The position numbers and the translations under genes were made by a program. A stretch of DNA of 33,726 nucleotides from a virus (Duplodnaviria; Heunggongvirae; Uroviricota; Caudoviricetes), in IMG/VR virus record IMGVR_UViG_2711768017_000019; one strand, given 5' to 3'. Each line of letters opens with the position of its first letter. Position 1 is the first letter of the stretch. Positions 20,513 through 29,672 of the stretch are shown piece by piece. Below the pieces are notes generated by a model. That model had not been told where the DNA came from, made no database searches, and saw nothing but the letters and a program-made list of their open reading frames with translations.

Positions 20513-21899
20513 TGATTTCCATCAGCATTACACTCTGATTTTTTAATTCATCGATCACTTCCTCTGGACGGGAATCCTGATCGATAAATTTCAACGCCTG
20601 CAACACCCGAACCGCATCAATCTGACGTATATCACCGCCCTGACGCAATGACTGAACAGCCAGCGCGGAGGATGAGTCAAACACCTGGGCAGATACATCC
20701 AGTTCAGTGCGCACATCCACATTGCCACCGCAACTCTCTCCGATCCATTCCGCCATTATCTGGAGAATATTATCGAGGGCATCTTCGAGGGAGTTCGCCA
20801 TTGTATAAAGCGGCGAGTTTTCCTGCATTCGCTCTTCATTAGTCTGATCAACAGATTTGGTGGATGTATTTTCAGCACGCAGAAGTTTAGCGCCGGCATG
20901 ACGCATCTGATTTTCCAGCTTCTCAAGTGATGTTTCGCCAGATTCTATCGCTGCGCCACTATGTTCAACATATTCGAGGCCATTTTTTGTTCTGTCCTCA
21001 AAAATCGTAGCGGTGGATGCACCAACCGTCAGTTCTTCATTCCTGTCCAGCCCGTAGGCCACCAGCAATGGAACGCGGGCAACATGAAGAATATTGTCCT
21101 GCTCGCTCTGGCTTTGCCAGTGCTTGATATTCAGCAAGCCAAGATTAAGCAATGGCGGTGTACCACGCATAAATCCTGTTTTCTTCGTGTACAGTGTTAC
21201 CAGAGGAATATCATCACGGCTGGTATTCCATGACTCATGAAGCGTCCAGACAGATTCGCCATTAGTGCCTTCGCTACGTCGATAAATTTCAACTCGACGG
21301 GGCATAATATGGCGGATCTGCTCCACCTTCTTCTGCCCGAAATCATCACCATCAATAATGATGACCTCTTTTATACGCAAATCAGTGAGAACAACTTTCC
21401 CTTTTTCAACTTTCGATTTCCATCCAATAACCTGGCGTGGATTCAGCATCGTAACGTACGGACGACCACCGGTCGCGTTTTCATCGGCTTTTGTCCGAAT
21501 CTCTTTCATATCCGTTCGTGGATAGTCCACCAGCGCATGTGCCACACCATACTGAAATGCGAGGCTGAAAAATTGCTGCGCCCACACATCCAGTCGGCTC
21601 CCCTCCATGTCGATATTTTCTGCATATTCCCTGATTTTTGCCGGCGTTTCCTCACTCAATACTGTCGGCTCTGCAAATATGCGCCCAATATTTTGCTTGA
21701 TGCTTTCTTCATACACAGGAAGTAGCGTAGCCACAGACAGGCGTTTTTTATAAGCGTCTTCATCTTCGTTAGGCCATTTTGGGAGATAATTTTCCCCCTG
21801 CCTGCGCATTTCAAGCGTACCGCCCATCAGTGCGTCGTTAATATCCCACGCCTCCAGCATATCGTTATAGTCGAGGTTGGGTGTTGATATATCAGCCAT
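20493..21899 (-). CDS. Portal protein
   Basis: 468-aa ORF immediately downstream of terminase large subunit; ATG start; position and size. Confidence 0.7.
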   Translation of the reverse strand: MADISTPNLDYNDMLEAWDINDALMGGTLEMRRQGENYLPKWPNEDEDAYKKRLSVATLLPVYEESIKQNIGRIFAEPTVLSEETPAKIREYAENIDMEGSRLDVWAQQFFSLAFQYGVAHALVDYPRTDMKEIRTKADENATGGRPYVTMLNPRQVIGWKSKVEKGKVVLTDLRIKEVIIIDGDDFGQKKVEQIRHIMPRRVEIYRRSEGTNGESVWTLHESWNTSRDDIPLVTLYTKKTGFMRGTPPLLNLGLLNIKHWQSQSEQDNILHVARVPLLVAYGLDRNEELTVGASTATIFEDRTKNGLEYVEHSGAAIESGETSLEKLENQMRHAGAKLLRAENTSTKSVDQTNEERMQENSPLYTMANSLEDALDNILQIMAEWIGESCGGNVDVRTELDVSAQVFDSSSALAVQSLRQGGDIRQIDAVRVLQALKFIDQDSRPEEVIDELKNQSVMLMEINDANRE

Positions 21900-21901
21900 A
21901 A

Positions 21902-23212
21902 TTAAATCCGAAGTGATGTGACTCTTCCGGTCGGTTTGACAATAGGGAATTGCTTAACGATGAAATAACCTCCGGCATCATTCGGGTGATCATTGCCAGA
22001 TTTTTTATCAGGCTCCCCCTTCTCATCCCAGACCTGTTGCTCCAGAGATTCGGCATATAACGGGCAACGCTTCACATTAACTTTATAGCGACGCTCACCA
22101 TTGGCATTGCAGAACATTGCATTCATTGAGTTAACGCGATCTTTTACTGGCGGGTTCGAGCTGTTCACCACAACGTTAAAACCAGCCTGCTTAAGCTGGG
22201 CTATATCCGTCGTACTTGCGTTACTTGATTTTCTGGAATCCCCGGAAGCATCTGGATAAATATAAATTTCCCTCACTTTCCGGTAATCATTCCCATCATA
22301 CAGCCAGAAGCGTTCTTTAATGATGCGGATCATATCCGGCGTATCGTAGGCATTGATGATTTCAGTTACCGCACATGGAAGCCCCAAACGCAGCACATGG
22401 ACGATTCCCGCCATCTTTCCAACGTTAAAATCCATCCCAATATAAATCGGCTCCCCTGGCTGCTCCACTTCTTCGCAATTATTCAGTTTCCGGTCAAACT
22501 GATGGTAAACAGTACCACTTGTCAGGTTAGTAAACTGTCCTCGAAGATAGGCTTTAATCAGCTCTGGAGGGTATGATTCAAGAAGCGAAGGAATGTAATC
22601 TGCTGGCAGGTTCTTTTCATTATCGAAAGTAGATGCCTGCACCAGACCATACAGTGAGGCCAGCTCTGTTTTTTCACGCACGGCTTTAACAAACTGCTCG
22701 TAGACAAATTTGAATCCTTCCGGCGTGGTTGTAACGTCAATACCGTTGCGAAGTCCATCAATCTTATAACGCATACGTGCAATTATCTTGCGCCACGCCG
22801 TTCTGGCTTTTTCCTTCGGCAAAATGTCCAGTTCATCCACCAACGCATTACCAATTTTGAAACCGACGATCGTTTGTGGCTTCTCCATCGATCTGCAGAT
22901 AGTGGTTCCCCGATACTGGCGTCCGTAATAAAAGTGAACCTCTTTATTTCCCTCATTAATTTTTACGTTCAATCCCCAGTCAGCAGCAACTTCTTCCACT
23001 GTAGGGTAAAAAATATCGCGAATTTGGGGATACGTTGGCGCAAAATATCCCTGATTTATACCTGGATGCTCCCAAATCCCCTTGCATATGCCGCCACACC
23101 CAACCCATGTTTTGCCCGAGCCAAAACCAGCAATATAGGCTTTAAATTTATGGGGCATTGAAAGAAATCGCGCCTGAGGCACATTAAGCGTCGGAGAGAT
23201 CATCTTCATCAC
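21902..23212 (-). CDS. Terminase large subunit
   Basis: 436-aa ORF with Walker A-like motif (AGFGSGKTW) near the N-terminus and acidic nuclease-type C-terminal region. Confidence 0.85.
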   Translation of the reverse strand: MMKMISPTLNVPQARFLSMPHKFKAYIAGFGSGKTWVGCGGICKGIWEHPGINQGYFAPTYPQIRDIFYPTVEEVAADWGLNVKINEGNKEVHFYYGRQYRGTTICRSMEKPQTIVGFKIGNALVDELDILPKEKARTAWRKIIARMRYKIDGLRNGIDVTTTPEGFKFVYEQFVKAVREKTELASLYGLVQASTFDNEKNLPADYIPSLLESYPPELIKAYLRGQFTNLTSGTVYHQFDRKLNNCEEVEQPGEPIYIGMDFNVGKMAGIVHVLRLGLPCAVTEIINAYDTPDMIRIIKERFWLYDGNDYRKVREIYIYPDASGDSRKSSNASTTDIAQLKQAGFNVVVNSSNPPVKDRVNSMNAMFCNANGERRYKVNVKRCPLYAESLEQQVWDEKGEPDKKSGNDHPNDAGGYFIVKQFPIVKPTGRVTSLRI

Positions 23213-24278
23213 TCCTTACTCTGGCATCAACCACATTAATATTGATCGCCACAGGCTGGGGATGTTCATTATCTTCCACCGTTTCGATCTCTTTGCGCAG
23301 CTTCTGGTTTTCCATTCTGCGCCGTTCAATTTCCAGTTCCCGTAGCCGCTTATCTGCACATAAAGCCCCGCCAGCAGAAAACAAACGCAACAATTCACGC
23401 CGGGCGGCAGCCTTATCCTCCAGCAGGATCTCAACGCCGAATTTTCCGAATTTTGCCCCTGCATATAATTGCCGCGCATCCCCATCAAGCAGAGTGGTAT
23501 CAGCCATATAAAGCTGTCCCGTTCCCTCACCGCAGCACTTCGGGCAGTCCGGATTGGGTATGGCGTTATCAACAAAGCCGAGGCCTCCATATTCCGGTTC
23601 GGGTTTGCCATCTCTGGAAGCCTGCGCCGCTGCCTTGTCGAATTCTGCTATATCGCGCCACTGGTAGAGATGATTCTCGCCCCAGCAATAACGGCAGTTA
23701 ACACGGCGAAATTGTGCAAGCTGATTGGGGTCGGCCAGGACAATAGCCATCAACTGACTCACTAGTAAATCCAGGTCTGCGGTATAGCGTTTCTGGTACT
23801 GATTGCGGAAGTAGCTGATAGCGCGAAAAACCCTGGCATTTCTAAGCATACGACTGGCGTTGCTGTTAGCTGTCGCACCTTGCCCCTCATAACCGGCTAG
23901 TCGGTACGCCTCTGTCGGCTTTTTACCCTGAGCAACAAGCATCGCAAACTTAGCCTGCTGGTCAGAAATGCCGAATTCATCGGGACAGAACGAAAATTCC
24001 TCCGCGTCGCCCTCATTCAGGCCCGCATCGAATACTGGCTTTTTTTCCTGAGATTTTTCGTTCCGCTTTTGTGCAGTCTGCGCAGATTTTTTCTGCGCAC
24101 TTTTTTGCGCAGTTTTGCACATTTCTGTCTGCGCATTTTTCGGAGTTTTTTTGATGTAACGACGGGCTGTTGCGTAATTCAGTCCCCTTGCTTCACACCA
24201 TGCCACCGGAGATATACCGGAGCGGGTGTATTCAGCAATATACTCCTGCTGCAACGCCCCCCAGTCCGGTCTGCTCAT
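23184..24278 (-). CDS. Terminase small subunit (putative DNA-packaging protein with N-terminal HTH)
   Basis: 364-aa ORF directly upstream of and overlapping terminase large; N-terminal HTH-like segment, Lys/Gln-rich linker, CPKCCGEG Cys cluster. Confidence 0.5.
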   Translation of the reverse strand: MSRPDWGALQQEYIAEYTRSGISPVAWCEARGLNYATARRYIKKTPKNAQTEMCKTAQKSAQKKSAQTAQKRNEKSQEKKPVFDAGLNEGDAEEFSFCPDEFGISDQQAKFAMLVAQGKKPTEAYRLAGYEGQGATANSNASRMLRNARVFRAISYFRNQYQKRYTADLDLLVSQLMAIVLADPNQLAQFRRVNCRYCWGENHLYQWRDIAEFDKAAAQASRDGKPEPEYGGLGFVDNAIPNPDCPKCCGEGTGQLYMADTTLLDGDARQLYAGAKFGKFGVEILLEDKAAARRELLRLFSAGGALCADKRLRELEIERRRMENQKLRKEIETVEDNEHPQPVAININVVDARVRSDEDDLSDA

Positions 24279-24281
24279 CAG

Positions 24282-24533
24282 TTAGTCCTGATTTTTATCC
24301 ACCCTGAGTAGTTCGCGCAGAGCAAAGGCATCCCCTTTTCTGGCAAGCTTAAACAATGCCGCTCGTAACTCGGCTTCACCTTTCGCTCTGCCCTTACGGA
24401 TGGCCGCATAAAAATCTGTCATTGCTTCCCGATTTTCTTTCAGTCGGTTCAGATCAACATCCAGAACGTCAGCGATTTGTTGTGCAGTCATCCGGCACGC
24501 TGCCAGAGACTCGACTTTCGAATACGGAATCAT
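24282..24533 (-). CDS. Small hypothetical protein (start uncertain; possibly the internal Met at about 24491)
   Basis: 83-aa basic ORF between the glycosyltransferase-like gene and terminase small; the track start overlaps the upstream gene by 65 bp. Confidence 0.35.
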   Translation of the reverse strand: MIPYSKVESLAACRMTAQQIADVLDVDLNRLKENREAMTDFYAAIRKGRAKGEAELRAALFKLARKGDAFALRELLRVDKNQD

Positions 24534-25419
24534 TTGTCACCCCCATTGATATGCAGGGTGTCTTCTTCCTGTATTTTTCGTGAAGGATTTTTACTGCAGC
24601 GTTGTTCCAGGTGACCTGATGGTGAATGCGTTTATGACTGGCACCCATAAGTGAGATTTTTACGCACGACGGCGCATACATGACGGAGTAAAAACTTTTA
24701 ACGTAGGTTCCGGAATCCAGATACAGCTCGGTCATTCCGCCGCTGTTTTTCTGCGTCTGTTTCTGCCCTAACTGGACAGCACCGATCGTCATAAACAATT
24801 CACCACAGCGACCGAGATTCGTGTACGTATTCACATCCTCGTTAATGCGCCCCATGAATGAGAACGGTCGATCAACCGAACAGATAAAGCTGTTCATTGC
24901 CTTGCGTTTCACCCACGAAGCATGGCCGCCATTGTCACCAAGAAAATCCCCGCCCTGCGACATAGCGATGGAAAGAGCAGGTATTGATTCGTAGTACGCA
25001 AGCATTTCAGAAAGGATCTCATCCAGTTTCCTTATCGGGAAATAGGCCTGGTCATAGTTGCGATCCACCCGAAACTGGAACTCGTGATAATCATCATCGA
25101 GCTGAATGAAGTATTTACACCCGACCAGTTTTGCCTGGTCGAAACAGGCATTACGGGCGTAAAAAATTGAGCGGCGGTCACTAAAATTATCGGCTTCGTC
25201 AAAACGACTAGCAATATCGGCTTTGGAAAATACCAGCACCTGTTCACCAAATTCAGCCATGTACTGATGCCGTGTCTTATCTTCATCATCAACAACGATA
25301 AAAATTTTCCCGGTATAGCCAGCACGACGCAACGTCCGGTAAGTCAGAACTTTGTCCGGTCGCCCGTGAGTCAGAATAAAGGCGCAAAAATCATCACGCA
25401 TATTCCTCCTCCCCGCCAT
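24469..25419 (-). CDS. GT-A-like (family-2-type) glycosyltransferase, soluble, function unknown
   Basis: 316-aa ORF. N-terminus AFILTHGRPDKV...GKIFIVVDDEDKT fits the GT2 signature and IQLDDDYHEF is a DXD-like motif; no predicted TM segments. Overlaps the ParB-like gene by 26 bp. Confidence 0.45.
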   Translation of the reverse strand: MAGRRNMRDDFCAFILTHGRPDKVLTYRTLRRAGYTGKIFIVVDDEDKTRHQYMAEFGEQVLVFSKADIASRFDEADNFSDRRSIFYARNACFDQAKLVGCKYFIQLDDDYHEFQFRVDRNYDQAYFPIRKLDEILSEMLAYYESIPALSIAMSQGGDFLGDNGGHASWVKRKAMNSFICSVDRPFSFMGRINEDVNTYTNLGRCGELFMTIGAVQLGQKQTQKNSGGMTELYLDSGTYVKSFYSVMYAPSCVKISLMGASHKRIHHQVTWNNAAVKILHEKYRKKTPCISMGVTNDSVFESRVSGSVPDDCTTNR

Positions 25420-26182
25420 GCATGATCTCCACCATGCGCTGCGTCATTCGGACAAATCCATTTTCAATAGCCTGCTGATAATCAATGATCACCAGCGCCG
25501 ACTCCTCGAAAAGGCACTGAATTTCAGCGGGGGCATGAGCGTAATAGTCCGCAATTCTGCTGAAATTAAACACCGTGTGACGTTCTGCTGCACACAGGAG
25601 GAATTTCTCAATATCAGGATCAAGGGACGCCGAACGTATCCGGCTGATCAGCTCCTGAGTTTTCGTATCGTCGTACAGTTCACTGATATCCGGTTTACCG
25701 CCTGACGGCTCATAAACAGGCGTATCAATTTTCGTCGTATACGGCTCCTCCTCATTTCCTGTACCGGGCAAAACATCCGTCAACAGTTCATCAATTTCTG
25801 CCGGGATGAAGCCTGTCAGGGAGACATCAAAATCAGCATTGATTAGGTCCGACAGCTCCATCCGCAACAGATCTTCATCCCAGCCAGCATTCATCGGCAG
25901 GCGATTATCTGCCAGGCGGTACGCCTTTTTCTGCTCATCCGTCAGGCCAGACAGAACAATGACCGGAACAGAATCCATTTTGAGCATTTCAGCCGCCATA
26001 ACACGACCGTGACCCGCAATAATTTCGCCCTTTTCGTCAATCAGCACCGGATTAGTCCAGCCGAATTGCTTAATACTTTCTACCAGTTGTGCCACCTGCT
26101 CAGTACTGTGCGTCCTGGCGTTGTGCGCATACGGTGACAATTCTTGTAATGGGCGATAGACTATCTTTAATTTCTCGCTCAT
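25394..26182 (-). CDS. ParB/Srx-like nuclease-domain protein
   Basis: 262-aa ORF with ParB N-terminal-type motif (...NPVLIDEKGEIIAGHGRVMAA...); ATG with AAGG RBS. Confidence 0.65.
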   Translation of the reverse strand: MSEKLKIVYRPLQELSPYAHNARTHSTEQVAQLVESIKQFGWTNPVLIDEKGEIIAGHGRVMAAEMLKMDSVPVIVLSGLTDEQKKAYRLADNRLPMNAGWDEDLLRMELSDLINADFDVSLTGFIPAEIDELLTDVLPGTGNEEEPYTTKIDTPVYEPSGGKPDISELYDDTKTQELISRIRSASLDPDIEKFLLCAAERHTVFNFSRIADYYAHAPAEIQCLFEESALVIIDYQQAIENGFVRMTQRMVEIMHGGEEEYA

Positions 26183-26319
26183 ACAGCCTTGCTTTATGAA
26201 TAAAACGCACCCCAGCAGCCAGTGCTACTGGGGGCGGAGGTGTTGCTGGTAAAGTTAGGTATTGGATCAATGAGTGAGTCAACATAATATTAAACTCACA
26301 ATTATAAATCAGCCATATA

Positions 26320-27795
26320 TTAGGAGCGCCAAAAAAAACCTGAAAACAATATAATAACAGGATAAATTTCAAGGCGACCAAGAATCATAGCTATGCACAT
26401 TAAATATTTTGCAATGTCATTAAGCACTCCGAATGACGATGCAGTAGCCCCAAAACCTAATCCCATATTATTAATACATGCAGCCACTGTTGCAAATGAT
26501 GTAAGAAAATCATATCCCATACCATTTAACACCAGTATAAAAAACACCGTGAAGAGAGTATAAAGAAAAAAGAAACTCCATACAGACCTCATTACACGAT
26601 CTGTAACTATCTTCCCTCCTACATTTACACTCAACAACGCTCTGGGATGAGAAAGCTGATTTATCTCGTGTTTGCTTTGTTTGAAAAGTATAAGAAATCG
26701 AAGTGACTTAATTCCACCACAGGTTGAACCTATACATCCCCCAAAGAAACTTGACAACAGCAAAAACACTATCGTGTGCGTGGGCCAGTTTGCATAATCC
26801 TGCGTAGCTAAACCATTATCAGTGAGCATGGAGCTGGCAAGAAAAAACGAATGAATAAAACTTCCATGCAAGTCATACATACCTATATGCCAGACCTGGA
26901 AAGAGGTAACAATGATCACCCCTAAGGCTATTAACAGAAAGAAACGAAGTTCAATATCTCTGATTAAAGGTTTTATCGTTTTTCTGCTAATAACAATATA
27001 CCAAAGAGTGAAGTTGAAAGCCGATAGCAGGGAAAAAGAACCAGCCACCAGCTCAACCAAATAGTTATTAAAATATCCGATACTCTCGCTATGAGTTGAG
27101 AAACCACCAAGCGAAACTGTGGAAATCCCGTGACAAATAGCATCAAACAAAGGCATTCCTGCAAGTCTATAACAGACAATACAAGCAATACCTAATAAAG
27201 AATAAGTTATCCACAGTGTCCGTGACGTATCGGCCAGGCGGGGAGTGAGTTTGTCATCCTTAAATGGCCCCGGCATTTCTGACTGATAAAGCTTTGCACC
27301 ACCAATACCCAATAATGGCAATACTGCAACCGCCAGAACAATAACTCCTAAACCACCTATAAAATTTAACTGTGACCGATAGTACAAATATGCCCGAGGT
27401 AATGAACTAACATCATCAATTACAGTTGCTCCTGTTGTTGTTATTCCAGAAACCCCTTCAAACAGAGCATCAATGAACGTTAAATTAAGTTCTGAGTCAA
27501 TCCATAAAGGGAATGCACTAATAACAGAAAACAAAATCCAAAACATTACAATTATAATAAACCCATCACGGGTACGTAATTGAATGCCAGATTTCTTAGT
27601 TGTATACCACGCTCCGCCACCAATGCAAAAAAATATAACGAAAGTTATAAAGAAAACGAACAGGCTTTTTTCTTTATAAAACAATGCTACAACCATTGGT
27701 GGCAACATTGAAAGACTATAGAGCCAAACCAGGAACCCACACATATGAGTAACAACTCTTACATGAGATGTATTCATATCTAAATATTCTTTCAA
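26320..27795 (-). CDS. trkG: TrkG/TrkH-family potassium uptake protein
   Basis: 491-aa polytopic membrane protein matching the E. coli Rac-prophage TrkG (MNTSHVRVVTHMCGFLVWLYS...); strongly AT-rich relative to flanking phage genes. Confidence 0.85.
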   Translation of the reverse strand: MKEYLDMNTSHVRVVTHMCGFLVWLYSLSMLPPMVVALFYKEKSLFVFFITFVIFFCIGGGAWYTTKKSGIQLRTRDGFIIIVMFWILFSVISAFPLWIDSELNLTFIDALFEGVSGITTTGATVIDDVSSLPRAYLYYRSQLNFIGGLGVIVLAVAVLPLLGIGGAKLYQSEMPGPFKDDKLTPRLADTSRTLWITYSLLGIACIVCYRLAGMPLFDAICHGISTVSLGGFSTHSESIGYFNNYLVELVAGSFSLLSAFNFTLWYIVISRKTIKPLIRDIELRFFLLIALGVIIVTSFQVWHIGMYDLHGSFIHSFFLASSMLTDNGLATQDYANWPTHTIVFLLLSSFFGGCIGSTCGGIKSLRFLILFKQSKHEINQLSHPRALLSVNVGGKIVTDRVMRSVWSFFFLYTLFTVFFILVLNGMGYDFLTSFATVAACINNMGLGFGATASSFGVLNDIAKYLMCIAMILGRLEIYPVIILFSGFFWRS

Positions 27796-27914
27796 TTATA
27801 ACCACCTTGCTGCAATATTATGATTATACTGTATAAAATTTAACTCCTCTTAGATCTTACTTCACTGTTCCTTATGAAACAATCATCAAAATGAATCATA
27901 TTGTAGTTAAGATT

Positions 27915-28220
27915 TTACTTTAAACACTGCTCGGTTATGTATTGCTGAGCACCTTCAAGTTGGGCCTGCATCATTACCAGTCGTTCCCGGAGGGTGAAAT
28001 AATCCCGTTCAGCGGTGTCTGCCAGTCGGGGGGAGGCTGCATTATCCACGCCGGAGGCGGTGGTGGCTTCACGCACTGACTGACAGACTGCTTTGATGTG
28101 CAACCGACGACGACCAGCGGCAACATCATCACGCAGAGCATCATTTTCAGCTTTCGCATCAGCTAACTCCTTCGTGTATTTTGCATCGAGCGCAGCAACA
28201 TCACGCTGACGCATCTGCAT
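27915..28220 (-). pseudogene. Rz (i-spanin) remnant lacking the N-terminal membrane anchor
   Basis: MQMRQRDVAALDAKYTKELADAKAENDALRDDVAAGRRRLHIKAVCQSVREATTASGVDNAASPRLADTAERDYFTLRERL... matches the C-terminal two thirds of lambda Rz; the frame upstream hits a TAA at the deletion junction (about 28235-28250). Confidence 0.7.
27974..28159 (-). CDS. Rz1 (o-spanin lipoprotein) embedded in the +1 frame of Rz
   Basis: 61-aa ORF MRKLKMMLCVMMLPLVVVGCTSKQSVSQCVKPPPPPAWIMQPPPDWQTPLNGIISP... with lipobox VVGC and Pro-rich body, lambda Rz1-like. Confidence 0.75.
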   Translation of the reverse strand: MRKLKMMLCVMMLPLVVVGCTSKQSVSQCVKPPPPPAWIMQPPPDWQTPLNGIISPSGNDW

Positions 28221-28249
28221 GTCAGTAATTGCCGCGTTACTGAAACCGT

Positions 28250-28660
28250 TTATGGATTACATCGACATGCGCCTTTGATATCGCCCTGGTTTATTTTGCG
28301 AAGAAGCGTCGATGTTCTGAAATTGCCAGCACCCACGTTGTAAACGAATGAGTAAAGAGCGCCGCGCGTTGTTTCCGGTATATCGACTTTGATGTACGGG
28401 TTAATTTGTCTGGCGACAGTGGCAAGGTCTTTATTCAAGAGTGTTTTGCATTCTGCTTTGGTATACGTTTTACCGAGCATGATGTCTTTTCCTGTATGCC
28501 CGTGACATACAGTCCATACACCAACAATATCTTTGTATGGTATGTAGCTGACACCTTCCAGACCATCGTTACCACTTGGGCCAGTGATTAACACTGATGC
28601 TATAGCAATTGCTCCGCCACCAATAGCAGCAGCAACGACTTTTCGTAATGATGGAGGCAT
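28250..28660 (-). CDS. SAR endolysin (phage 21 R-like lysozyme), C-terminally truncated
   Basis: 136-aa [61 protein letters not shown]... (SAR domain plus lysozyme core). Ends ...IKGACRCNP* where R21 continues about 29 aa further; start overlaps the holin stop. Confidence 0.75.
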   Translation of the reverse strand: MPPSLRKVVAAAIGGGAIAIASVLITGPSGNDGLEGVSYIPYKDIVGVWTVCHGHTGKDIMLGKTYTKAECKTLLNKDLATVARQINPYIKVDIPETTRGALYSFVYNVGAGNFRTSTLLRKINQGDIKGACRCNP

Positions 28661-28932
28661 TATTCACCTCTCGCAGCCTTGCGCTTATCTTCTTTAATCT
28701 TGAAATAAAGGTTTGTCAGGTACGTCAGCAGGCCAAATACCAGACTACCCAGCACACCGATTGCAGCCCACTGTGACGGAGTTACTCTATCGAGCAACTG
28801 TAAAAACCAGTAGCCAGCACTGCCTGCGGAGGTGCCGTAGGCAATGCCTGTTGAAATTTTGTCCATGGATTTCATAGCCTCACCTCCGCACGGAACGGAT
28901 GGCATAGTTATTATGTGTAGGCTTTCAGACAC
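28660..28932 (-). CDS. Class II (pin)holin, phage 21 S-like (probable start at MKSMDK, 28875)
   Basis: ...[71 protein letters not shown] matches S21 including the dual-start MKSMDK motif and the charged C-terminus. Confidence 0.85.
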   Translation of the reverse strand: MSESLHIITMPSVPCGGEAMKSMDKISTGIAYGTSAGSAGYWFLQLLDRVTPSQWAAIGVLGSLVFGLLTYLTNLYFKIKEDKRKAARGE

Positions 28933-28971
28933 ATCAATCAGAGCCTTAATTGATATATATGCTGGAGACGA

Positions 28972-29000
28972 TGCAATATAAAAAGCTCGCCGTAGCGAGC
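28972..29000 (-). terminator. Rho-independent terminator downstream of the second TolA-like lipoprotein gene
   Basis: Stem agctcgc / gcgagct with 4-nt loop, followed on the minus strand by UUUUUAUAUU. Confidence 0.5.
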
Positions 29001-29126
29001 TAATAAAATGTATTTCTCTGATATTATGTTTATTTGTATTAGCTCAGACTTGACATCACAGGTTTCGTATATAGAACATCATCAAATCTGTCAGTTTGCT
29101 ATGAATGAGATATAGTAATTGAAGAG

Positions 29127-29522
29127 CTAACCTCGCATGTCAAAGCCAGATTTCTGAAAATCTCTGTAGACTTCCGGATTGTTGAAGGCCGGAAATTTGG
29201 CTTTATGAGCTGCGGACTTTATCGCTTCGCAATAGGCTTTATCACCGTTACTGGTAGATATTTTTAACGCCGTGCCATCCTGAGAGAATTCCATATGCAA
29301 CCTGCATTTTTTCCCTTTCCAGTTATGCGGCTCATCAAGTTTGGCATTAATTGCAGCTCTGATTCCCCGCGCTTGCGCCCCCCATTCATCCTGATCATCC
29401 CAGCGTCCTGAACTGCAACTACCTGTAGCAGTAGTTTTGTGGCAATCTGAAGGGTGTAAAGGTGTGCATCCCGCAACAAAACCGACCCAAAAAGTCAACA
29501 TAACGATTTTCTTTAATCCCAC
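29127..29522 (-). CDS. Lipoprotein with TolA domain III-like C-terminal domain (paralogue 2)
   Basis: 131-aa ORF, GTG start with GAGGAG RBS, signal peptide with lipobox VAGC. C-terminus KKCRLHMEFSQDGTALKISTSNGDKAYCEAIKSAAHKAKFPAFNNPEVYRDFQKSGFDMRG aligns with the C-terminus of E. coli TolA, including both Cys at the same 26-residue spacing. Confidence 0.55.
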   Translation of the reverse strand: MGLKKIVMLTFWVGFVAGCTPLHPSDCHKTTATGSCSSGRWDDQDEWGAQARGIRAAINAKLDEPHNWKGKKCRLHMEFSQDGTALKISTSNGDKAYCEAIKSAAHKAKFPAFNNPEVYRDFQKSGFDMRG

Positions 29523-29672
29523 TTCTTGCTCCTCAATCCATTAAAATCTCAGCAATAGTAGTTGTTACGTCCGCCACTGGCTCAGAGCTGACTATCCGCT
29601 AAATTTAGCTCAGTGCCGTAGCTGTGTCAGAACAAACCTAAGCCGAAACCGTTTATTACAAAACAATAAATA

